Below are positions 35,713 through 46,418 of a DNA stretch of 64,000 bases, piece after piece. The stretch is from a virus. The translations under genes were made by a program, and so were the position numbers. Numbering within the stretch: the first letter of the stretch is position 1; each line of letters begins with the position of its first letter. The notes under the pieces were generated by a model. It saw only the letters and a program-made list of their open reading frames with translations, was not told the origin of the DNA and made no database searches. The stretch is taken from the IMG/VR virus record IMGVR_UViG_3300017971_000280, positions 7,275 to 71,274 of that record, one strand, 5' to 3'.

Positions 35713-35973
35713 ATGGATATGAATTCAAGAAATGGGATATTAGAAAGTGCGGTAAGACAAGCTGTCGAGAAACTAGCAGAAAAAGGAGTTGAAGGGTGTA
35801 CAACGAAAGATGTAATCCTGGCTTCCTTTGCTTCTCTGTCTCTAAATGGTGGTCTTGCATCATCTGTTGAGGTACGTTCTATAGCTACTGAAATTAAAAA
35901 GTTCGGGTGGAGAATAGCTAGTATGTGTTTTACCACTCTTATAGCAATTATACTTGTACTAATCTTTCTATAA
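35713..35973 (+). CDS. Small protein with C-terminal transmembrane helix
   Basis: Hydrophobic C-terminus; AAGGAG SD. Confidence 0.65.
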   Translation: MDMNSRNGILESAVRQAVEKLAEKGVEGCTTKDVILASFASLSLNGGLASSVEVRSIATEIKKFGWRIASMCFTTLIAIILVLIFL

Positions 35974-35985
35974 AGGTGAGGGTTA

Positions 35986-36489
35986 ATGGTAACAGGAAAG
36001 TTTCATAATGAGGATTTGAGTGTCTATTTCTTTATTAAGTTTCTCGATATTAATGGGACACCGTTAGGAGAGATTGCTCGGATTGTAGATGGTTACCCTT
36101 ACAACGAGATAGAGGAAGGTACGCTTACATTACCGACTATATCTATTGAGGCTAGTCTGACATCTGATGAAGGTGTTGGTGAGATGGGTGCTAGTTGGTT
36201 TAGACGTACTTGGGCTATAGACATCTTTGCACAAACTGATGTTCAGAGAGATGACTTGGCAGATAGAATCTTCCAAGCATTGGATGTTGCTGTCCCTATA
36301 AAAGACTACTCAGGTGGTTACAGAGCAGATACAGGAAAAAGCAGGGCAGGTACGGATTTACGCATCATAGAGTATATGAATGTGGATAATCGGACAATAC
36401 GACCTACTTATGCGTTTAATTTGTACGCCAAGATTAAGTATTGGAGGGCTACAGTAGGATTCGAAACTGTATCAACTCAGGCAAGCTAA
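35986..36489 (+). CDS. Probable tail terminator protein
   Basis: LPTISIE...IDIFA....RDDLA; upstream of the tail tube gene. Confidence 0.6.
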   Translation: MVTGKFHNEDLSVYFFIKFLDINGTPLGEIARIVDGYPYNEIEEGTLTLPTISIEASLTSDEGVGEMGASWFRRTWAIDIFAQTDVQRDDLADRIFQALDVAVPIKDYSGGYRADTGKSRAGTDLRIIEYMNVDNRTIRPTYAFNLYAKIKYWRATVGFETVSTQAS

Positions 36490-36911
36490 TGATTATTGAG
36501 GTAGATAAGAGGTTAATTGCTTGGTGTTTAGCATTAGAAGGTTCTATAATGTTAATAAAAAATCGTGGAGCGTATACTCCTTGTGTAGAGTTCATTAACA
36601 CCAATCCTGAGTTAATAACCAAATTTTCTAAACTTATTATTGATATTCCTCATCATATTAATCGTAAAGATTATAATGATAAACGTTCAACTAATTATCG
36701 CTGTAGGTGTAGAACTTTAGAATCGGCTAAGTGTATATTGGACACAGTGAAGGATTACTTACCAAGTAAGAATAAACAAGCTGAATTACTGCTTGAATTC
36801 ATAAACTCTAGATTGGATAATAAGTTCTCCATCACAACAGAAAGGGAACGGGAAATTCATAATGAAATTAAAGAGTTGAATAAACTAGGTAAAGGCAAAC
36901 GAGAAGGATAG
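36489..36911 (+). mobile_element. Free-standing single-motif LAGLIDADG homing endonuclease
   Basis: IAWCLALEGSI helix, F.NTN.ELI, YL..K.KQA.LLLEF. Confidence 0.75.
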
Positions 36912-37097
36912 GTTTGGAAAAAGGTGGGTAAGGAGCACAAAGGAAGGGATTGGATTTAGTTAAGAAACAAATGGAACATCTCTCTTAGGTTCGGTAGATA
37001 AAACATTCGGGTTGAATAAAGGTAAGGCATTGCTCGTGGTAGAAAACGGTCAATTGGTAAAAAGGTTGTTTGAGAGAGAGGTTGGAGGTATATTCTA

Positions 37098-38297
37098 GTG
37101 AGTAAAAGAATTGCTGTCCCTTACAAGGACGTAAAATTAAGGATAGTAGGACCAAAAGCTGACTTCTATGCCTACCGTGTTCAACGTCTAGATATACCTG
37201 TTACGCTACCTAACACTACAATTAACGAACTTGGTAACCCAGGTCACGCAGGAATTGTGACAGACCTTCCTGAAGTGACTGCAACTTTCCAAGCGTTCGA
37301 TGTTTCACACAAGATATTTGCTATCTTGGTTGGTGAAGATGTTGACGCATATCCTGCTTCTGGTGTGGATGTTGCAAATCTTGGTTACGTTGACTTGGTT
37401 GGTTATGTAAAAGAAGCAACTGTCGCTGAAATGTTGAAGTGTATCCATGCTAAGTATATGAGAATTACTGACTTCACGTTCACGTACACAGTTGATGGTG
37501 AAAGCACAGAGGAATATAGTTGTGCTGGTAGTGAAAAGAGGTATTTTGCTAATGATGTTGTAGTGGATTCTGGTTACTTGGATGCTAATGGACAGATGAC
37601 TCTTTCTTATAGTCCAAATCAATTGAAGAATTCTGATTACTTGTTAAGTTTCATTGTTGATGGAGACTGGAAAGAAGAGACTACGTTTGCGGCACTTGCA
37701 AGTGACAAGTATTACGTTAGCGGCACTACCGTAACATTGAGTGGTGGTACTGCGGCTGACTATGCTTTAGCTGTGTATCATACACAGAGTGGAGTTCTAG
37801 CATGGACTAACATCTCTGACAGTACTGTTCCAGCCGCTATTCGTGGTAAGAACATTCCTGTTACGATTGGTGTTGAGTCAATGTACAGAGTTCAGAGTGT
37901 AACAATTAGAGGTACGTTCCCTAATACTAAGGTTATGGAAATGGGTAACACCTCAGTTGTTGGTTACGTTGTAGACCCACCTGACATCAGTGGAGACATT
38001 ACCGTTCTTGATACAGATAATGAAATCGTTGCTCTGTTGACAACTGGTAATAAAGATGATGGTGATGGTTATGGTGAGTATGGTGTAGACGAGTATGAAG
38101 AGAGAACGTTAGCATTGGCAATCCAATTGAAAGACCCTGCTGACAATACCACAGTCCAGAAGACAGTTCAGATTCCATATATGAGAATTACTTCAGATGG
38201 AACAACTTCAAATGTTGGTGGTCAGTTAACACAAACATTCTCATTCATGTCTAATGATGCACAATGTATCGTGTACTCTGGTGGAATTCCAGCATAA
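37098..38297 (+). CDS. Major tail (tube) protein
   Basis: RVQ....ELGN motif occurs twice; precedes chaperones and tape measure; GGAGGT SD. Confidence 0.7.
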   Translation: MSKRIAVPYKDVKLRIVGPKADFYAYRVQRLDIPVTLPNTTINELGNPGHAGIVTDLPEVTATFQAFDVSHKIFAILVGEDVDAYPASGVDVANLGYVDLVGYVKEATVAEMLKCIHAKYMRITDFTFTYTVDGESTEEYSCAGSEKRYFANDVVVDSGYLDANGQMTLSYSPNQLKNSDYLLSFIVDGDWKEETTFAALASDKYYVSGTTVTLSGGTAADYALAVYHTQSGVLAWTNISDSTVPAAIRGKNIPVTIGVESMYRVQSVTIRGTFPNTKVMEMGNTSVVGYVVDPPDISGDITVLDTDNEIVALLTTGNKDDGDGYGEYGVDEYEERTLALAIQLKDPADNTTVQKTVQIPYMRITSDGTTSNVGGQLTQTFSFMSNDAQCIVYSGGIPA

Positions 38298-38370
38298 ACA
38301 GTAGAATAGGAAAAGTATAGGTCATCCTATCAAAAGATTAAAGGAATTTGATATACGTATCAGATTATTA

Positions 38371-38421
38371 GGGGAGTCTTTGATGGCGATTATTCAAAAT
38401 CGTTACATGGACTCCCCTTTA
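38371..38421 (+). terminator. Long hairpin GGGGAGTC...GACTCCCC followed by TTT
   Basis: Outer 8-bp stem plus inner ATGGCGATT/AATCGTTAC stem. Confidence 0.5.
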
Positions 38422-38444
38422 TTATTATAAGAGAGGAAAGGAAA

Positions 38445-39137
38445 ATGGGAAAATTATCAAAACTTTTTAGATGGCACAGAAAAGTAGAAATCAGAGAAGG
38501 AGACAAGGTTCTTGAGACAGTATATGTGAGACTTGTTGGAGATGCTGAGTTCCAAGAAGCTAAAATTGCGGCTTTAAAACGTAGTAAGCAATTGAGAACC
38601 CAATTAAGGAATAAGGATTCCAATGATTATCAGGCAAGTTTTTCTGACTTGGATTCTCTGACAAGAGATGAGTTAACTATGGGAATCACCTTTGGTGAAA
38701 TCCCTGACTATAGGGATGAAGGTTTGCTTACACTTCCAGAGAGAGAAGTACCAGAGCTACCCGATAATCCTACTCTAGAGCAACAAGAAGAGCACGAAAC
38801 CAAGTTAGAAGAGCTACAAGCTGAAAGAGCTAAAACTCTTACTGAGTTTATTGAGAAACGAGCGGAAGAAAGAAAAGAAGAGATTGGAAAAGTTGAGGAC
38901 ATAGATAAACTGCGTGAGATGTATGTACATTCTGTCATCAATATGAAATGTAGTGAAGAGTTTACTAGAGCGTTCAGAGAGTATCAGGTTTTCAAGGGAA
39001 CTTTTGCAGATAATAAGTTCAAAACTCTAGCTTTTGATGATTTTGATGATTTTGATGGGTGTGCTCCACAACTGAAAAGTCAATTGATTTCGGCATACGT
39101 CAGTCTAGAGATGACAGGGGAAGACTTAAAAAACTAG
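38445..39137 (+). CDS. Tail assembly chaperone (gpG-like)
   Basis: Between tube and tape measure genes; ends at a slippery site. Confidence 0.75.
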   Translation: MGKLSKLFRWHRKVEIREGDKVLETVYVRLVGDAEFQEAKIAALKRSKQLRTQLRNKDSNDYQASFSDLDSLTRDELTMGITFGEIPDYRDEGLLTLPEREVPELPDNPTLEQQEEHETKLEELQAERAKTLTEFIEKRAEERKEEIGKVEDIDKLREMYVHSVINMKCSEEFTRAFREYQVFKGTFADNKFKTLAFDDFDDFDGCAPQLKSQLISAYVSLEMTGEDLKN

Positions 39138-39430
39138 CTGAGGACAATGCGTTTGTGGGGGTTTGGCGTATTGTCAAAGAGTTAAATTATCCTCTTCATG
39201 AAAGTTTACGTGGTCTATCTGTATTCGAGTACCCCCACACTTTCAGTTACGTGATAAAGAGACGAATGCAGTTAGACTCCTACCTAGAACTACCCGAAGA
39301 GAAACGTCCTCCTCGTTCAATTTGGGACAAACCATCAGAACTTGACGAATGGTTCAACAGAATATTCTCTGATGGAGAAAAACAAACCGAGTTTAGTCTT
39401 CCTGTAAATGAAGATGAAATCGAGAGGTAA
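39128..39430 (+). CDS. -1 frameshift extension of the tail chaperone (gpGT-like)
   Basis: A-AAA-AAC heptamer at 39128-39134 just before TAG; -1 frame stays open to 39430. Confidence 0.8.
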   Translation, partial: KKLAEDNAFVGVWRIVKELNYPLHESLRGLSVFEYPHTFSYVIKRRMQLDSYLELPEEKRPPRSIWDKPSELDEWFNRIFSDGEKQTEFSLPVNEDEIER

Positions 39431-39435
39431 AGTAA

Positions 39436-42400
39436 ATGGCATTATTCCAGTTTGGTCAGTCAGCATTCAATGCTAAAGCACAACAGCAAGCGTTAGATGC
39501 GACAGCACTAAAATATGACAAGTTATCTATGGCGGCTGGAAGAGCGGCAACTGAAACCGCTTCATTCACTGATGCCACTGGTCGTGGTAGAATCACGATG
39601 GAGAACTTTGGTAGAACGTTTGATAACGCTACAAGAAAGGTTCTTATCTGGCAGTTTGCTATCATGGCTGTGTACGGAGCTATCCGTAAGATTGGTGAAA
39701 CAATCCAAACATGGAAAGACTTGGAAGTTACATTAGCTAGAATCAGTATTACAACGAGTGCTCTTGGTTCAAGACTACAGGCATATTTCAAAGAGGTTGC
39801 TGATGTTGCTATCAGCTTCGGTATGCCAATCGAGCAGACTTTAACTGGTATGGACTTAGCATTGAGAGCTACTGCTAGGTATTCAGAACAAGCGAATAGG
39901 GGTGCTATAGCTGTTAGTTTGTTGAGTTCTGCTTCTGCTCTTGCTAACATTACTGGTATGCAATATAGTCAGTCTATTGACATCTTGGTTGGTTCTTTGA
40001 GACAGTCAGGTATGGAACTAGACCAAGGTATTGACTTACTTGATAAGTGGGTAGCTGTAGCTAAGAATGCGGCTGTGTCTGTTAACGACCTTTCACAAGG
40101 TTTTGCTATTATGGCTGATGCTGGTAGAGCGGCTGGTCTTTCTGTTGACCAAATTAACGGTTTGATTGCGGCTTTGAGCGAAACTGTTACCTTGGGTCCA
40201 GTTGAGATTGGTAATGCTATTAGAGCTTTAATGTCAACCTTGTATAATCCAGGTTCTATTTCTTTACTACAAAAGTATGGTGTTGCGGTTAGAGATACCT
40301 CTGGTGAAGTTAGGAGCTTTTGGGAAGTCATGCAACAACTTTCATCTATGAGAGTAGCTAACGTAATGGATGAATCAGTTTGGTTAGAAATAGCTAAAGC
40401 GGCTGGTGCTGGTCAAAGACGTTACGCTCAGTTCTTGGCTTTACTTAACAACTTCTCAACTGCTATGCGTGTTGCGAAGATTAGTTCTAATGCTGAAGGG
40501 CAAGCAATGGAAGCTAACAGAAAGATTGTTGATACCTTGACTAACACATGGGATAAGTTCACAGCGGCACAACGTAAATTCCTGTTTACAATGGGTGAAC
40601 AAACAGGAGCAATTGAAGACCTAACAAGTGCTATACAGGGATTGGCTAACTTCTTTGACATGCTTTCTAATGCAAGTGATGGTGTGTATAAGCTTGGTAG
40701 GGCTGTTATGTTCTTGGTTGGTACTCTTGGTGCTTTAAAGATTGCAACTCTTGCTATGGGATGGATGGGAGTCGGTCCTAAAGTTGGAGCATTGATGGGT
40801 AGATTTGCTGGTGTACCTCCGACTGCTGTCGCTGGTTCTGCGGCATATGCTAGAGCAGTTCAAGCAGGTGGATTTACAAGTGCTCAACAAGCGGCACAAG
40901 CAGGTCTTGGAACAGTAGCTCCAGGATTATCTTCACAAGCTGGTTTATATGCTCTATCAGGATTACTTCCTTCATTCATGTTCAGAAAACTGTGGGGTGC
41001 TGGTCCTGCACCAACAGTACCAGGTGCGGAAAACGTATTTAGACCAGGTGGTGGACAATATGTTGGTGGAAAGTGGATGCCAGGTGGTGGACGTTGGACT
41101 GCTCCTACTGTTGCTCCCATGACGTGGGGTGGAGCGGCAAGAGGTGTTGGTGGATGGTTAACGAGACCTATGGGTGGAATGGGAAGAGCCGTAGGTGGAC
41201 TAGCTATGGGTGCGGCGGCATATGGTCTAACTGGTGAATGGCAGTCTGCTGTAGGTGCTGGTATTGGTTCAGCAATTGGAGCTTCATTCGGTCCTCTTGG
41301 TATGGTTATTGGCGGTGGTATCGGTACTTTAATAGGACATACGGCGGCAGATGCCTTCATTTCAAGAGAAGACAGACTAAGAGCAGTTTTTGAGAAGATG
41401 GCAGAAGACTTCACCCTAGACCTATCTGATGTGATGGATAGATATTTCGAACAAGCGGCAAAGGAGACAGGAGAAGATGCTAGACGTGCGGCGGCACTTG
41501 CCGCACCTAAGATGGCTGAAGCTAGAGCGGCAGAAGCACAACCATTCTGGAAAAGACTTCTAGCTGGTGTTCAACTTGGTGAAGCTAGATTAGGATGGTC
41601 ATTAAGTGGTGAAGCGGCATTTACTCCATTTGGTCGTACAGACGAAGAAGAGTGGAAGAGGGGTCTTGGTGGTCTTAATGAGTTAAACCAAGCTCTTGTT
41701 GATGGTGTTATCACAATTGATGAGTATAGGAGAGCTAAACAATCTGACCATATTGCTTGGCAAGAATTAACGGATGATGCCAAAGCATACATGACTGCCA
41801 TTCGTGGTACAAAAGTTGCTATTGGTGAAGAGCTTGCGGCATTTGAAGCTATAGCTACTGCTATACCAGAGCAAATAGCACAAAAAAGAGAATTAGCATC
41901 AATTACAAATAGATACAGTGAATCACAGTCTAGAATTAAGCAAATTATGCTAGAAACTGGTGCGGTTATTGATGGTATGTCTCTTAAAGAGTGGGAGCAA
42001 GCTAAAGTATCACAACTTCTTGCTGACCAGGTTAATAAAACTGCTGAGGATTTCCAAGCTTGGTATAACGTTCTGCTTGGTTCAGCTTATGGTTATGCTT
42101 CTCATGTGGAAGCTATCCAACAATTAAAACCACTTCTTGCAGAATATGGATTAGCTATTGATAGAATTCCAGAGGATAAGTGGTTAATGATTCAGAGATG
42201 GGACCCTCAGTTAGCTACCGATATTGTCCAAACTATAGGTACATTGTTAGAGCTTAATGACGCTATTGATAAGTTCCAAGTTACGTTCCCTGATATGTTA
42301 AGACTTGCTAATATTGAAGGAACAATTAGTGATATTGATAGGGTAAAGGAAGCACTTCTAAAACTTCATGAAGAGACTGGTGACGAGAAGTATGCTAATG

Positions 42401-43182
42401 CCCTTGAGCAAATAGACCAATATCTAGGAAATGTTCTCCAGAAAGAAATTGAAGCTAGGAGAGTAACAACCTATGCTGGTAGAGGTGCGGAGTTCCAAAG
42501 ACCTACACAGGTCAGGTTAGTTGATGCCGAAACCATTAAAGCATACAGAGAGAATCTTGGTAGATTACCAGCGTTCACTGATATGGCTAAGAGTCTAGGC
42601 AAGACTGCTGATTCTGTATTAACATTGGTTGACCCACTAACTGGTGAAATGCTTAGGTTAGAGGAAAATACTCTAGCTTTGGAGATGTTAGGTCGTATCG
42701 TTGGGGAAAATACTTCTGTTCAAGAGAAGAGACTAGAAGCAGAGTATAATCTACCAGGATGGTATCAGAGACCTAACAGATATATGGCTTTGAGACAAAC
42801 AGGTGGTGCTGGTGGTTTCGGTCCAGCACAAGAAGGTCTGTGGGGAACTTGGTTAGAGTTTGTGAGAAACAGAAGTATGCAGACTGGCGGTACTGTTCCC
42901 GAAACTGGACCTTATTATCTACACAGGAGAGAAGTTGTTGTTTCAGGTGAGACGTTAACAAGCACTAATGTTCTTTTGGGAAATTCTTATAGAGTGCTCC
43001 TATCATCACAGCAATATTTGTCAAATATTAACCTTGGAATCCTTGGGGTGAGACAAGAAATTCAGCAATTAAGACAGCAATTGCTGGCATCAAGGACGGC
43101 TGAAGAAGGTACTACAGATTTTGGTAGAATAACGAAGGCTGAATATCTTGGTGTGAGTTCTTTGGGAGTAAGGAGAAAGTAA
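39436..43182 (+). CDS. Tail tape measure protein
   Basis: 1248 aa, Ala/Gly-rich; TP901-like core (GNAIRALMS.L, IAKAAGAG.R). Confidence 0.9.
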   Translation: MALFQFGQSAFNAKAQQQALDATALKYDKLSMAAGRAATETASFTDATGRGRITMENFGRTFDNATRKVLIWQFAIMAVYGAIRKIGETIQTWKDLEVTLARISITTSALGSRLQAYFKEVADVAISFGMPIEQTLTGMDLALRATARYSEQANRGAIAVSLLSSASALANITGMQYSQSIDILVGSLRQSGMELDQGIDLLDKWVAVAKNAAVSVNDLSQGFAIMADAGRAAGLSVDQINGLIAALSETVTLGPVEIGNAIRALMSTLYNPGSISLLQKYGVAVRDTSGEVRSFWEVMQQLSSMRVANVMDESVWLEIAKAAGAGQRRYAQFLALLNNFSTAMRVAKISSNAEGQAMEANRKIVDTLTNTWDKFTAAQRKFLFTMGEQTGAIEDLTSAIQGLANFFDMLSNASDGVYKLGRAVMFLVGTLGALKIATLAMGWMGVGPKVGALMGRFAGVPPTAVAGSAAYARAVQAGGFTSAQQAAQAGLGTVAPGLSSQAGLYALSGLLPSFMFRKLWGAGPAPTVPGAENVFRPGGGQYVGGKWMPGGGRWTAPTVAPMTWGGAARGVGGWLTRPMGGMGRAVGGLAMGAAAYGLTGEWQSAVGAGIGSAIGASFGPLGMVIGGGIGTLIGHTAADAFISREDRLRAVFEKMAEDFTLDLSDVMDRYFEQAAKETGEDARRAAALAAPKMAEARAAEAQPFWKRLLAGVQLGEARLGWSLSGEAAFTPFGRTDEEEWKRGLGGLNELNQALVDGVITIDEYRRAKQSDHIAWQELTDDAKAYMTAIRGTKVAIGEELAAFEAIATAIPEQIAQKRELASITNRYSESQSRIKQIMLETGAVIDGMSLKEWEQAKVSQLLADQVNKTAEDFQAWYNVLLGSAYGYASHVEAIQQLKPLLAEYGLAIDRIPEDKWLMIQRWDPQLATDIVQTIGTLLELNDAIDKFQVTFPDMLRLANIEGTISDIDRVKEALLKLHEETGDEKYANALEQIDQYLGNVLQKEIEARRVTTYAGRGAEFQRPTQVRLVDAETIKAYRENLGRLPAFTDMAKSLGKTADSVLTLVDPLTGEMLRLEENTLALEMLGRIVGENTSVQEKRLEAEYNLPGWYQRPNRYMALRQTGGAGGFGPAQEGLWGTWLEFVRNRSMQTGGTVPETGPYYLHRREVVVSGETLTSTNVLLGNSYRVLLSSQQYLSNINLGILGVRQEIQQLRQQLLASRTAEEGTTDFGRITKAEYLGVSSLGVRRK

Positions 43183-43183
43183 G

Positions 43184-43591
43184 ATGGCTACAATAACTAG
43201 ATGGCAATTTGACATTGGTGGTTCGTATGAATATGCTTTTCCACGAAATCCAGATAGGTATGGTGGAGATAGTGGTTGGATATATGAACCTAGAATGGCT
43301 GAAATGGAAGTTGTTGGTTCTAACCAACCTTATCTTCAGATTGATGGGTTTTCTGGAGCAAGGAGAACTATACGATTTACTGCCATAACTGGTACAATGT
43401 CACGTAAATTACAGGACTTCTTTTTAAGAAAAACCATTATATATACTTGTAGAGACCATCTATATCCTACTCATGCTCAGTTCAATTGTTTCATCATCTC
43501 TTTTTCTCAACAGGTGCATCCAACTACAGGTAGTTTTCCTGGTTCTGGTGAAGATACTTATGACGTAGAGATGACGTTAGTTAAGATGTAA
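43184..43591 (+). CDS. Probable distal tail protein
   Basis: 135 aa directly after the tape measure; Y.F.RNP. Confidence 0.55.
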   Translation: MATITRWQFDIGGSYEYAFPRNPDRYGGDSGWIYEPRMAEMEVVGSNQPYLQIDGFSGARRTIRFTAITGTMSRKLQDFFLRKTIIYTCRDHLYPTHAQFNCFIISFSQQVHPTTGSFPGSGEDTYDVEMTLVKM

Positions 43592-43593
43592 TT

Positions 43594-45210
43594 ATGGGAA
43601 TAGCTGAAGAATATGCAAAAAGGGTAAAGACACCTATCATAAAGGTGACAGTTACCAAATTTATTGAGGGTGAGAAACCAGGTGTAGAGAATCAAGGGTA
43701 TGATTATTACCCTGAAGTAATTACTTGCGACATAACTTATGGATTTGACCAAGCAAGTACAACCTGTACACTGGAACTAAAAACTCCGCTTGATGAAAAT
43801 GGTGATTATGTTCGTTTTGCCCCGATGAATAGAGTTAAAGTCGAGCAGGGATGGAACAAACCATCAACATATAGAATTACGTTTTTTGGTTTCATTGATA
43901 AGGTAGAATATGCTAATCCACCCAAAACGGTTAGATTAGAATGCCGTGACATCCTGAAGTTGGCACAAGATAATTACTATATTCATGGTAATAGGAGAGT
44001 ATACTCAGCAATTCCAGCAGAGAGTGAGTTGGATGACAGTGGTAATCCTATGGGTGGGCAGGCTGTTGAAGACAGACAAGCTCAAGAGATTATTACTGAT
44101 TTTATGACAGATAGTGGTATTCCTGAAACCAGACTCCATCTTGATTTTGAGACATATCCCGCTTCTGGTGCGATTGTTATTGGTAACAACGCTGTAGCTG
44201 TATTTGTATATGAGTCCGCTATGGATGCTTGTACTCGTATTACTGACCTTATCGGATACCGTATATGGGCAGATAAAGGTGGTCACGTTCAAGCTAGGGA
44301 AATAAGACCAATCGGTTCATCAACCCCATCTTTGACGTATCGGAGTCAAGAGGAAGCATATGCTGGAGACGGTTCGTGGACGGTTACTCAATCAGGTAAT
44401 CTATTAGCTCTTAGTGCAAGTAGAGACGATGATTTAAGGAATTGGGTTACAGTTTATGGTTATGATGGAATAAACACTACAGTTGCGGGTGAATCTGATT
44501 ATGTACCTTCCCCACCTACATATAGAAGAACTGAGATTAGGTCATATTTATTAGACACTCCAGAGTTACTTGTTACTGTGGCTAGTGGAATTTATAATGA
44601 CTTGAACAGATTAAGATATACTGCTAGAGCAACCATTGAAGGTGACCCAAGACTTGAGATTGGACAAACAGTTCGTCTATATGACTCTCATGTGATGACG
44701 GACACCATTGACTATTTCTTATACGACTACACTAGCTCTTTAAGAGCAGGTGTGTGGACTATGGAAATGACCTTAGTTGGTGGTGTTGGTGCTGGTACAG
44801 AAGGTTCACCACCAATTGCTAATATTGCTCCTGTAGCCATGTTTATATACAGAGTTGAACAAGAATTTCTTGCAGATGGTTCAGCTTTGTTTGATGTTAC
44901 TGTAGATGCTACCCCCTCATACGACCCAAATGGTCCAGTTGAGGAGTTACTCTACACTTGGACATGTTCTGGTTTTGCTACTGCGAGTGGAATTATGCAC
45001 ACGTATTCTTTTACAGAAAGTGGAGTAGCTTATATCACACTTAATGTACAAGACCAAGGTACTCCTCAGTTAAGTAGTGAGATAACACTTCCAGTTACTT
45101 TAGACCCTGGTGAGGGGTTACAATGGAAAACAATTTTTGTCGCTTCAGGAAATTATGTCTACACTTCTGATAACAGTGGAGCAAGCTGGAGAGAACAAGA
45201 ATTATGGTAA
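43594..45210 (+). CDS. Probable baseplate hub / tail tip protein with C-terminal PKD-like domain
   Basis: F.GFID.V, L.CRD, GDPRLEIGQTV; PVA.F...DAT.SYDPNG...YTW. Confidence 0.65.
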   Translation: MGIAEEYAKRVKTPIIKVTVTKFIEGEKPGVENQGYDYYPEVITCDITYGFDQASTTCTLELKTPLDENGDYVRFAPMNRVKVEQGWNKPSTYRITFFGFIDKVEYANPPKTVRLECRDILKLAQDNYYIHGNRRVYSAIPAESELDDSGNPMGGQAVEDRQAQEIITDFMTDSGIPETRLHLDFETYPASGAIVIGNNAVAVFVYESAMDACTRITDLIGYRIWADKGGHVQAREIRPIGSSTPSLTYRSQEEAYAGDGSWTVTQSGNLLALSASRDDDLRNWVTVYGYDGINTTVAGESDYVPSPPTYRRTEIRSYLLDTPELLVTVASGIYNDLNRLRYTARATIEGDPRLEIGQTVRLYDSHVMTDTIDYFLYDYTSSLRAGVWTMEMTLVGGVGAGTEGSPPIANIAPVAMFIYRVEQEFLADGSALFDVTVDATPSYDPNGPVEELLYTWTCSGFATASGIMHTYSFTESGVAYITLNVQDQGTPQLSSEITLPVTLDPGEGLQWKTIFVASGNYVYTSDNSGASWREQELW

Positions 45211-45220
45211 GAGGTAAATA

Positions 45221-46414
45221 ATGCCAACATCAATATGGTGGGTTGACCCACCTAGAAGTTATACTGCGGGTGGATATATGACTTATAAGTACCACGATGA
45301 TGAGGTGGATACGGTATATGTTCACAATAACCGCTACTATTCTGGTTTTTGGTGTGTGAAGCAATGGTTCTTCCCACTAGATTTAATCTCTGACCACTAT
45401 GAGTGTTGGACATATCATTTCTTTACAAAATTTAAAGTTCCAACTACAGCAAGTGGTACGCTTGACAGTGCCGAACTTTACTTAATGCTTGGTGGTGCTG
45501 ACTTAGTTATGAATGTTCTTCCCGTATATATGGATATTGATGTTTATTATAAGTCTGTAGAAGATGCCAGTAGTTTCCCTTGGCAGACGCTGGATGAAGA
45601 TGATTATGCTTCACCAACTTGGACAAAAGAGACTTCTATAGAAGACTTTTGGGATATGTGGGGAGATTTCATGGTAGAAGGACCACATTGGTTAGACCCT
45701 GTTACTGTGACATCTGGAGTTCAAAAAGCTATAGATGAGGGGTGGGAATGGATTGCTTTTAGGTTTACTCCAAATTATCTTACACCTCTAGACTATGATT
45801 GGGACAACCGACCTACACCATATGACCAATTATGTTGGGTTGCCTTCTATGGTCCAGTTAATCCATATTGGGTAGAGTCACCATCTGGATTTCCAGAAGA
45901 TGCGTGCTCTCCTTGCCCTTGGTTGAAAATTACCTATGCTACTGCTTCTGGTGAAGACCCACCACCTGACCAATGGGTGCCAGGTGAAGATGTTACTACA
46001 TCAGGTGAGGGTTCTACTGTTAATTGCATAGCGGCAGACCCCAAAGCAAAGATGGCTATTGCTGGTACTGAAAGTGGTAACTTGTGGTATTGTTGGAGCG
46101 GTGGTGGAGTATGGGATAAGATAGTAGATGGGGACGAACCTATAACTGCTGTTCATATGGACTTTCTAAGAAACTTTCAAGATTACCCATACGACCAAAT
46201 TTCTTGGTATGGGACACAAAGCGGCAATTTGTATAAGAGTATAGATTCTCTCGGTAGCTTTGAGCTTATGAAAAACTTCTCAATCAAAGTAGTGGAGATT
46301 ATGTCAAGCGACCAAGATTCAGATAAAGTGGTGGTAGGAGTTCTAGATGGAATTTGGACTTCTGTGGATGGTGGAGTTACTTGGGTAGAATCTTTAGAAG
46401 CACCAACGGAGTAA
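45221..46414 (+). CDS. Virion tail protein with beta-propeller-like C-terminus
   Basis: S.D.G..W (BNR-like) repeats. Confidence 0.55.
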   Translation: MPTSIWWVDPPRSYTAGGYMTYKYHDDEVDTVYVHNNRYYSGFWCVKQWFFPLDLISDHYECWTYHFFTKFKVPTTASGTLDSAELYLMLGGADLVMNVLPVYMDIDVYYKSVEDASSFPWQTLDEDDYASPTWTKETSIEDFWDMWGDFMVEGPHWLDPVTVTSGVQKAIDEGWEWIAFRFTPNYLTPLDYDWDNRPTPYDQLCWVAFYGPVNPYWVESPSGFPEDACSPCPWLKITYATASGEDPPPDQWVPGEDVTTSGEGSTVNCIAADPKAKMAIAGTESGNLWYCWSGGGVWDKIVDGDEPITAVHMDFLRNFQDYPYDQISWYGTQSGNLYKSIDSLGSFELMKNFSIKVVEIMSSDQDSDKVVVGVLDGIWTSVDGGVTWVESLEAPTE

Positions 46415-46418
46415 TAAG

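Noticed and set aside
36441-37097. Group I intron around the LAGLIDADG ORF
   Set aside because: No recognisable P7/catalytic core; flanking genes have their own start and stop codons
39456-41801. Long minus-strand ORFs opposite the tape measure (also opposite capsid and polymerase genes)
   Set aside because: Antisense shadows of biased codon usage, without SD sites or motifs
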